A DNA stretch of 57,421 nt, filler included, from Asterionella formosa (Eukaryota), in the NCBI GenBank assembly GCA_002256025.1. It is 4 parts of 4 records of this genome, joined end to end, with 100 filler letters (N's around TTAATTAATTAA, not from the genome) between each part and the next. Parts side by side here need not be neighbours in the genome. Positions count along the whole stretch, not along the records: positions 43,160 to 57,421 come from NKIB01006112.1; 3 more parts are not named here. One strand, given 5' to 3'. The translations under genes were made by a program, and so were the position numbers. Of this stretch, positions 48,061 to 57,421 are shown one piece after another. Within the stretch, counting starts at the first letter, position 1. Every line of letters starts with the position of its first letter. Under the pieces are notes generated by a model. That model ran no database searches. It saw only the letters and a program-made list of their open reading frames with translations, and was not told the origin of the DNA.

Positions 48061-49694
48061 TTAACCATTTGTATAACTTTTTTTCCTTTTCCTTGTCATA
48101 TATTTCCTGTAACTAACCATTTTTCCTGCTTTTACAGGGCACCATGTTTCAGAGCAGTATTCATGACAGCCAAATAAATGGTTGATTGGTGCCTTGGAGG
48201 AATTACTAAATTCGGTCAGAAAAAGGTTCCGATTTTTAATCCAAACGCCGTAGTAAACTTTCAAACAGCAACAATCAGCTTTTGAAGCAAGGATGCTTGA
48301 GGGAGACCGGGCGATTGACTTTCAGAAAAGCAGGGCGGAGATGGACTCGTATTCTGTGGGATGGGTCAGAAGGAAATGTAAGCTAGGTTTGGGTACAGTC
48401 AGTGGAAGGCATCCTTTATCCGATATTTTTATCCTTTCAATGTTCTTGGCCATTAGAAGGTTGGCTGCAGTTTCAATAACTCCTTATAGGACCATTTAGA
48501 AACAGCACTAATAGTAGAATCATCATCACAGATGATTGTAGAGTAGATAACATTATTTTTCATAACTGCATCAATCATCATTTCCACACTGGCGTCTGGT
48601 TCCATTGCCTTTGAACTGTCAGTTACATGATTCTTGGGACCAACATGTTCCTTGGTTGGTTTCTTGTACCGTATAGCCCTGTTGCACACATTACAGACCT
48701 TAGATTTCACTCTGTAGTCTAAAATCTTTTTCGTGAAGCCGGCAATACAAAAACCATGTCCACTTTCTGAGTTATACTTATTCCCGCTGGACCGCCGCTG
48801 CCATCCCATATCGTAACTAACTGTGAGTCGCGGCATATTCAGTACAGACAAGCGGTCTGTATCAGTAAGACTGTTCCACGACTGAAAGTCACGTCCTTTG
48901 TCGCCCAGCAGTCTCCTCATTCATACACATTGAGTGTCAGATATATTTCTTCCTTACATGCCACTTTCATTGCAAGAGCGGTTGCATCAACTTCAGCCTT
49001 TCCGACCACTTCTTCTAGAACACCGAAGTTAGCTTGCGTAGCAGACCCAAACCCAAAGGTAAGTGGTAAGTTCATTGCGGAGCAGATGATATCTGCATCA
49101 ACTGGTCCCATTCCGGCTTTGTGACAACCAAAGATAAAATGTTTGTTGATAGGGCGTTATTTTGCTTCTATTGCATTATTTCCAATCTCATCATTTCTGA
49201 CTCCATCGCTGTTTCTTCTTGCAGATTCAATTTTAGAAATGAGTTTCTGACAGGTCAAGCAGGAGACTTTGAATTGGCTTTCCAAGCCGTTATTTTCAGT
49301 GGAGACAGCAATCAACGGTTGGTTCATGGAAATCGGATAGTCAAACAAATCCTGGTCTAGAAATGCTTTACATTGCTGTTCGAAGGACAGCTTTTGCTTC
49401 AAATTTGATGTAAGATAAGTTACAAAGTCACGAAGTGATCGTTTGCAATATTCTTCTACAAAATGTTTCACACAACATTTTTTCAATGCACATCTTCCTA
49501 CAGCAATTTCGATAATGAATTCAAGTCAATTATATGATTGACATTCAGTTGAGAGTATTTTTCAATTGGTGATTTGGTGGTTTTCTAGGGGGAAGAAAAG
49601 GCATTTTAGAGGTCCACCAATTCTGAATTTCATCGGTGACTATATTTCGAACTCCAATTTCGGAAATGAGACGGTCACAACTGGAATGTGGCAT
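48061..49694 (-). pseudogene. Decayed Kolobok-type DDD/E transposase (Mutator-like transposase domain)
   Basis: LTVSYDMGWQRR..YNSESGH, KILDYRVKSKVCNVC, KNH..SSKAMEP, IICDDDST, DPSHRIRV and HLFGCHEYCSETWC are distributed over frameshifted ORFs. Confidence 0.85.
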
Positions 49695-49861
49695 GATTTA
49701 TCATTAGTTGTTGGTGTTTTTTTGGTCAATTTTTTAGAACGTGTTAAAAATAAAATTCTATTTGTTATTTCATGCCACCTCACTTCTAGAAGTTTTTGAA
49801 ACAACGTATGTAGGTGGATTGAAGTTAATTTACTAATAAAATAAATGAGAACAGTAAAAAA

Positions 49862-50271
49862 CTAATCAATACTAGATTTAGAATGTTTAGAACATTTGGG
49901 ATTTGGTTCGAAACCAGTGTACTCTTCGTTTGGGTCCTTGTCTTTCAAAAGGGATCAAACCCCTTTCAAACAACAGTCAGGGAGTTCCTGCCAAACACCT
50001 TTACCCAATGGTCCACAAAAAATTCTTATCAAAAATTTGTAGACAAGATTGCGCGCTTTTGATGGCGTGATGTCTTCATCCTTCGTTCTTGTGAGAATAA
50101 AATCATCGTCCAAAAACTTTTCCACCAACTCTTCAACTTCATCCCATCGGCACTGACATTCAGGGCAACCAAAATCGTAGCATTCACAGAAGATACCTGC
50201 CTCACAACCCTCCAATTCCGACTCTACAATTAATAGGTCTTGACATATTGGACAAGTATCATAACTGTAAA
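49862..50271 (-). pseudogene. Second copy of the Cys-rich KolX-like gene, 5'-truncated with a premature stop
   Basis: YSYDTCPICQD..GPLGKGVWQELPDCCLKGV*SLLKDKDPNEEYTGF aligns throughout with 27983-28441. Confidence 0.85.
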
Positions 50272-50274
50272 GCA

Positions 50275-53200
50275 TACACCTGGCCACAAATGGTGGATCC
50301 ATGGTAACTAATAGTATGAAGGCTGATCTCCCACAATGGGGAGAAGTATGGTTTAATGAGAAGGCAATCACCAATATCTTCAGTTATGCCGAAATGGCAG
50401 ATAGGTACAGAATTACCTATGACTCTGAGAAAGAAGATGCATTTATTGTTCATTTGCCTGACAAGCCAGCTCGATTCAAAAGAATTGGAATGAACTTATA
50501 TGTTTTCAAGCCTCCTACAGCAATTAAGGCGGAGAATGCTCAAATTTTTAATACAGTTGAAGAGAACAAAACATTTTACACTGAGCGTCAATTTGAAAGA
50601 GCCTAGCAAGCTCGTGATCTATTTCATGCCTTGGGTGCGCCATGAATTAATGATTTCAAGGCAATAATTCGTATGAATACGATCAACAATAATCCAGTGA
50701 CTACCGATGATATCAAAATTGTAGAGAAAATTTTTGGACCTGACATCGGAACACTAAAAGGCAAGACAACTTGTCGCAAGCCGCTGCCAGTCGTGAACGA
50801 CTACATCGAGATCCCTAAGGAGCTTATTCAAGCTCAACGCGAAGTGATTCTTCACATGGATGGAATAAAAGTCAATGGACAATCATTTCTCACAACAATT
50901 TCTCGAAACATTATGTATAGGACAGCGCAAAGGGTCAAGAATCAGACAGCTGAAGTCTATCGAGATGCTTTGATTCAGGTATTCCGTGTTTATAATACCG
51001 GAGGATTTAAAATTACAACAATCCACTGTGACAACGAGTTTCGACCTTTGATGGAACAAATTTCCAATGAATTTCAAGTCACTATGAACTACGCAAACCC
51101 ACAAGAACATGTTCCTGAAGCGGTGCGAAATAATCGAGTGATTAAAGAACGTGTGTGCGCAGCTTATCATCGATTACCTTTCAAACATTTGCCACGACTG
51201 ATGATTAAGATTCTAGTGACATAATCTGCAAAGAAAATCAATTTCTTTCCGGCAAAGAACGGGATATCCCCGTATTACAGTCCTCATATGATTTTACATC
51301 AATGAAACCTGGACTATGCTCGACATTGCCAGTATACATTTGGCACTTATGTCCAAGCACATGAAGAACCTGTGTTTTCAAACACTAATGCACCACGCAG
51401 CCTAGATTGTATTTATCTACGCTACAATGACAACGTGCAAGGAGGTCATGAATTATTACACCTACCTACAAATTCATTGATCACTAGGCAAACAGTTACT
51501 CCTCTACCACTTACCCCAGCAATCATAAATCAAGTACACACCCTTGCTGTGCTGGGAAATATGCCAGATGGTCTAAAGATATCCATTCGAACGGGACAAA
51601 TTTTTTATGATAGTGCTTGGATTGCAGGAGTGGATTATGATAATGAAGCATTTGACGATGCACAAGACGAAGATCATGAAGATCAACACGCTAGTGACGA
51701 TGAAAGCAATGATGAAATTCTCGGAGAAGAAGACTATGATGAAATGACTCCGGATGAAATTTATGAAGCAGAACAGCTCAAATTAAACAACAATATCCAA
51801 GAGCATGACCCTGAACCTGAGGGCAACAACGAAAGTAATGTTGAAATGAATGCAGATGAAATCCAAGATGAGGATGAAGAACCAGTAAATGAGACTGAAA
51901 ATGAGGAGGCAATGTTAGAAGGCAATCCAAGCACTCAAGATGACTCAGAACCAAATGTTAGAACTATAAGGTCTGGAAGAGTCTCAAGACCACCATCAAA
52001 ACTAACCATGGTCCAACATCATTTGCATACTCAAGCACACTGTCAAGAAGAATACACGACTTATAATGCGAAAGTGATCGCAATGACAATGTGTTATATG
52101 AATGAGATGTGTATCGACAAAGAAGCATTTCACTTTGTTCAGTCATGCGGCTTAAGGAAAGACCTCAAGAAATTTGGCCAGAAAGGAAGAGACGCTGCGT
52201 ATAAAGAAATGAAACAACTACATGATATAATTGTATTTGAACCGATTAGGGTTGAAGACCTAACAGAGATCGAAAAGCGACGCGCAATGGAAAGTCAAAT
52301 GTTTTTGGTTGAAAAGCGAGACAAGAGTATTAAAGGCAGAGCTTGTGCCAATGGCAGTTCGCAATGTGAATACATGGAAAGAGATGAAGCAGCTAGTCCG
52401 ACCACCATGACTGAATCTGTTATGATAACAGCAACAATTGATGCGAAGCAAAATCGTGATGTTATAACTGCAGATATACCCAATGCATTTGTGCAAGTGG
52501 ATATCGATGAGAAAGAAAAAGGGGAGCGAATCATTATGAAGATTAGAGGTTTACTTGTCAACATGTTGACAGAACTCACCCCCAAGACTTATGAAAAATA
52601 TGATGTTTATGAAGGTCCTATATGTTAGGATGATCAAGGCATTATATGACATGTTACAGTCATCATTATTATATTACAAGAAATTTCGGAAGGATATTGA
52701 GTCGATTGGAGGATTCAAGGTCAATCCATATGATCCATGCGTTGCAAATCGTATTGTTAATGGCAAACAGCACACAGTTACTTGGCATGTAGACAATTTG
52801 AAATCTAGTCACGTGGACAGAAAAGTGAATGATCAATGTTTGGAATGGCTCAAAAAGAAATACGCTTCTGACGAAATTGGTGAAGTCAAGGTCATGCGTG
52901 GAAAGAAGCATGATTATTTGGCGATGACACTAGATTACTCTCTTCCAGGAGTGTTGAGGGTGGACATGACCAAATATGTGAAAGCAATGATTGATAATTT
53001 TTCAGATAAACTTGAAGGTGTTGGAAAATTCCCATTGACAGATAAATTGTTCACAGTTGATACGAAATCAAAGAAGCTTGAATATGAAAAAGCAAAAATA
53101 TTTCATACTTTTGTTATGAAAGGAATGTTCCTATGTAAGCAAGGAAGACAGGACATTCAACCAGGAATTGCATTTCTGGCAACCTGAACTACCGAACCGA

Positions 53201-54057
53201 ATGAAGGCGACTGGGCAAAATTAGTCAAGATCATGAATTTCTTGAAAGCAACTCAGAATGAGGTTGCATCGATGAGTGCTGATGACACTCGGAGCATTAA
53301 ATGGTCCGTTGATGCGTCGTTTGCAGTACACAAAGATTTCAAAAGTCACACAAGAGCTACATTGTCACTTGGAAACGGAATTATTTGTTCTATGTCTACG
53401 AAACAGAAAGTGAACACTAGAAGTTCGACTGAAGCAGAATTGGTTGGTGTCGATGCCATTATATCAAAGGTGTTGTGGACGAAATTATATATTGAAGCAC
53501 AAGGACAAAAGGTGACTACAAATGTCATTAACCGTGACAAAACAAGCAATGAAGCTAGAAGCAAATGGAAAAGCAAGTTCAGGAAAACGCACGCAACATT
53601 TCAACATCAAATATTTTTACTTTACTGATCTTATTGAAAGAAAGGAAGTAAAAAATTAAGTACTGTCCAGCGGATGCCATGTTAGCAGACTATGACGAAA
53701 CCACTGGTTGGAACGTGATTTATTCATTTTCGTGAGCAAATTATGAATTCAAAGTGAGCATCCGTGTCCAGCAGGAGTGTGTTGGAGAAATTACATTAGG
53801 AAAGAAAATCTCGGTATGAATTACCTATTACACCATATTGAATCGAATGAATCAAAAGGAATATGGTACCAGAGAAAACTCAGAATTCGAAAACAATCTA
53901 CATCGCCAGTAAAACCCATAATTCTACTTAAACTCTTAGGAACGATTACAATCGATTACTGCAACATCGTTGTTCATATCTAGAGCCTATTTGGTCCCTG
54001 ACATGTCCTTACAGGATACAAGAAAGCAATAGAATGCTTCAGGACGCAATTTCAACA
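50275..54057 (+). mobile_element. 5'-truncated decayed Ty1/copia retrotransposon (protease end, integrase, RT, RNase H, PPT, 3' LTR)
   Basis: VWFNEKAITNIFS; integrase HMDG..CDNEF..HVPEAVRNNR; RT KGRACANGS, ADIPNAFVQ, KALY, NPYDPCVAN and WHVDNLK; RNase H VDASFAVH and SSTEAELV. CAGGAGTG is followed by TGTTG..CAACA. Confidence 0.95.
53780..54057 (+). repeat. Putative 3' LTR (278 bp)
   Basis: Starts TGTTG directly after a purine-rich tract just past the end of pol and ends CAACA (5-bp terminal IR). There is no second copy in the window to confirm it. Confidence 0.6.
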
Positions 54058-54726
54058 GCTTGTGGGTTTCCGATTTTACTGTGTCTGCCTGCTATATCTA
54101 AATGTATGTAGTAGCTACAATTAAAATCGTGTACTATACGCACGCTAGCAAATATTTGATTCTATCTATTTGACTAGTCTAACATAACAAATGAAGCAGG
54201 GGAAGCTGGCATGATCATTGTCGTCTAATCGTCAGAGTTGTGTTGTAGTTGTTGCTGACATAATTACATTTTTCATTAATGTTTTGTTGTCCTAGGTCAC
54301 AGTCGATGGGTGGCTATCAACGTTTGGGTTTTCCGGTAGAAAATCTTATTTCTAAGCACTGACGATGCGCTAGCTCTCCTCTATCTGCCTCCCGGTGGGC
54401 TGAAAAGACATCACCTAACCTTAATGTAATCAGAAGATAGTTTGCTACTTAAGTTTAAGCAAGAAGTCAGTTTCCTGCTTAAGTTTAAAGTTCTTCGGTG
54501 TGAAGGCTGACGTGCATGAATTTCGCCACACCGGCCCATTCCAAACGACGTTTAAGTATAACGCCTTTAGTTTTTGTGGCAAATTCTGAAACGTGTATCA
54601 AAAATTCACTTCGATGTGTACAAGACGTTTTCCGTACATCCCTGTTATTGGCAAAATTCTGTCAAGAATATATGTAGCATCGATGGCTATAACAGGTCAC
54701 AAGGACTGCGGACTCCTTGACTATAT

Positions 54727-55030
54727 TCCAATGAGTCAAATGGTGCGTTCCCATGTCAAGTAGTTTACTAACAAGATTGATGTTTCAGATCAGAAGAAGT
54801 TTTACATTAACGAAAAGGGAAGACGAGGAACAGGTTCTCAAAGTTTGATTAATGGGATTGAAACATGGTTTTAGTTTATTAAATTTTCTTAAGAAACTGT
54901 GAGAATTGACAAAATAAGGTCAATAGCGAAAACTAGTTCAAAAGATTAGCAGCAAAAGATAAAAGTACAAATAGTACAACAGGTAAGACATACATAAGAG
55001 GATACCGGTCATCAGGGAAGGTCCGGTAGC
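54727..55030 (+). repeat. Isolated LTR-like copy related to 6476-6790
   Basis: Collinear shared blocks CATGTCAAGTA, AGATTGATGTTTCA, GAACAGGTTCTCAAAGT, AAGGTCAATAG.GAAAACTAGT and ACAGGTAAG. Confidence 0.75.
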
Positions 55031-55859
55031 ACACGTTTTATGAGCACCTTTTCAGTTAAAATTCACTCCCAATGATTCGTCCCACCATGCCTGCCGGATG
55101 AGATAGACCAGCAAGTTGCGGTGATATTGCTGAGATTTCCCGTGCCTCTCGAGGCGATAGAGGGGCGACCCGAAGCAAAAGTAAGCAAGTCTTGCTTACG
55201 TTGCTTTGAATCTCTCCAAACTCAAAATCGTTCTCCTTTTCCGGCAGACGTGATGAAATAACCTATATCTTAATCAACAATTTTCAAAGTCGTTGGGATT
55301 GGAAATTCGTAATTGCCAGCATCATCCCCATAGCAACGACCCGATATTAACTGTTATAAACTACTGGTATGTATTTACAGTACATATGCATGTTATGTAT
55401 GCATATACCGGTAGCATAAAATAAACTAATACACTACCGGTATACAGTACATCGACCAATGAAGATAATAGTACCTGGTACCGATCTACCAGTCCTCATG
55501 TTCTGTACAGGTATACTGGATCGACTGTGGGCTACCGGTAGGAGTACATGAAGCATAATGAAGACTATAGTATTCCGGTACCAGGGTACTTACTGGTAAG
55601 CAAACATTTTGAAATCTCATCACCATCACGCTTCCATATGAACCCAATAGCCAAGTGTCGTTCTCATTTTTCATGAAGATATTTATTAATTTCGTCATGG
55701 TCAAAGATGAGACGACATGATGCACCATTCATACTCCAGCCGCTCACAATGACTATTGGTAAACAGTTACTCTATTTAACAACACCAATTAATAGTTCAT
55801 TGATATTTTCAGAATGACCCTTTTGTTTACGAGTACCAATCCAGTTGTTGACTACATAT

Positions 55860-55942
55860 GACTATAAATTTGCTGACAACGAAAGAATTTGCTGACTAAG
55901 AATAGAATTCACTGACTATGAATAGAATTTGCTGACTACAAC
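55860..55942. repeat. Degenerate ~20-bp tandem repeat, ~4 copies
   Basis: AGAATTTGCTGACTA(A/T)GAAT-like units. Confidence 0.7.
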
Positions 55943-57421
55943 TAGAAGTTATTTAGCGATTTGTCAAACTATATAGCCAAACCGTCTTCCAGTTCCTGAA
56001 TACTATCACTTGTAGAAGTAGTTGAACACGATTTCACTGATAAGAAGACGACTGGGATTTAATGAATGATAATTTAACGGCGTAGAAAGTTACTTAAGAA
56101 ATTTTGGAATGGAAATAAAGACTAGAAAATTCGGAGGAAATCAGTTTATTTGGCATAGCAAAAACAGAAATCAGGGAAGACTTATGGCTTCGGTGTTGCG
56201 CTAACAGAAAGTCATGAGGCAGCAAGAAAAGTCAACAAAATCCATGGACAATGCAAACATTGCAGCCAAAATGATCATTGAAGGAAAAGCAGTGCTCTCT
56301 GTCCATTCTTTCAAGGCAGAGTGCATTCTACTGGTACACATACTGGTATATCAAACACCCAAGAAAAGGTTACAGCATGTGTTTCCAGTGTGGCCAGCAT
56401 GGGTTTGCAAGCCATTGCAAACCAGGCCAATCAAATGGAGATAAGTAATTCACTGTAACCAATCAGAGTATAAATAATACAGTAGGCACTTACAGTGGAA
56501 TTTGATGTACAGGAGATTTTATGACTTAAAATTGAAATCACAAGACTCCTTTTTCAGTGATGACATTTTGGCACTAAGTGATTCTGATTCCGATATTTTG
56601 GCAACAGATGAAAAGGCCAATTTTGTTGATTTTTTGGACAACAATTGCTCAACATTGGCTGGGTCTGAAGGAAAATTAAGTACAAAGGCCAACTCAATAT
56701 AGCTTCAGAAGTTAACTTCTTGCAAGAAATTGCAGAAAGGAACTTCGATGTTTTTACTATGCCAAATAAACTGATTTCCCCCGAATTTTCTAGCCTTTTC
56801 AGCATAGTAAAAAACATATGATCATTTCTGCAGTTTCTCACTAGATCCTATCTCCTGATGTAATATAGAGTTGACCTGTACCCCGTACTTGATCAATGAC
56901 TGTATCTAAGCATATAGAAAGGATGTCCAATTGTAAAAACTCCATTTGACGATATACAAACATATTTTACCCGTGAAAAGTGTGTGCTTGATTACTCTGA
57001 CTCAATATTATTTTTATTCCCTAGTTCGAGCTAGGGGTCCAAATGCAGTAACCTTAAACCGTGTTCCGTATTCAATCTTGTCGCATTCTAGATTGCATCA
57101 TCATTTGCCCTTTCCAACGGAGTACCAGATGTACACAATAGCTTTTCATTGGAGTTCCTACTGACAGTAGTTCATAGTCTACCGAAATCGGTTTTACCAA
57201 GTTACAACATAGACTAACAATTTGTAGAAAAGTAACTATTGGAGTCAACAAGATCAGTCTTTCCTAATACCATGAGCTCGTCATGTCCTCATCATCATTT
57301 TCAAGAAAACTGCAGATCATTGGGGCCAGGATGACGCTTCTTCTTCAGACAGATAGAACAGGGACGGGTGTAGATGGATTTGACCCTGATGGACTCATTG
57401 CACAGAAGCATCCGCAACCAG

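Noticed and set aside
6476..55030. Paired LTRs of one giant element
   Set aside because: Copies are diverged, lie on different contigs and enclose host genes.
56214..57421. Short ORFs at the window end
   Set aside because: No family motif could be recognised.

Overview
Eukaryotic, diatom-like (stramenopile) genomic DNA made of four contigs joined by 100-nt N linkers that carry an artificial all-frame stop (TTAATTAATTAA), so adjacency across 14290-14389, 28679-28778 and 43060-43159 is not biological evidence. Islands of compact host genes with short GT-AG introns alternate with AT-rich, transposon-rich regions. Host genes: HSF transcription factor, PUB/UBX protein, GlcG/HbpS protein, VMA21-like protein, amino-acid transporter, PX-domain protein, putative plastid lumen protein, RluA-family pseudouridine synthase, MATE transporter, DUF2439/ZGRF1-N protein and one hypothetical. 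Mobile DNA: three decayed Ty1/copia retrotransposons plus an isolated LTR-like copy, and two distinct tyrosine-recombinase (Crypton-type) genes (one with an intact catalytic set and a GCR1_C-like tail; one decayed, with an N-terminal Zn-finger and an upstream palindromic site). The most notable system is a Kolobok-like DNA transposon family reconstructable from three pieces: TIR, then a small Cys-rich P2X7-ballast-like (KolX-type) gene, then a DDD/E transposase in the same orientation, plus a 500-bp non-autonomous derivative with TIRs and a TTAA-like target. All assignments come from motif recognition by eye; no searches were run.
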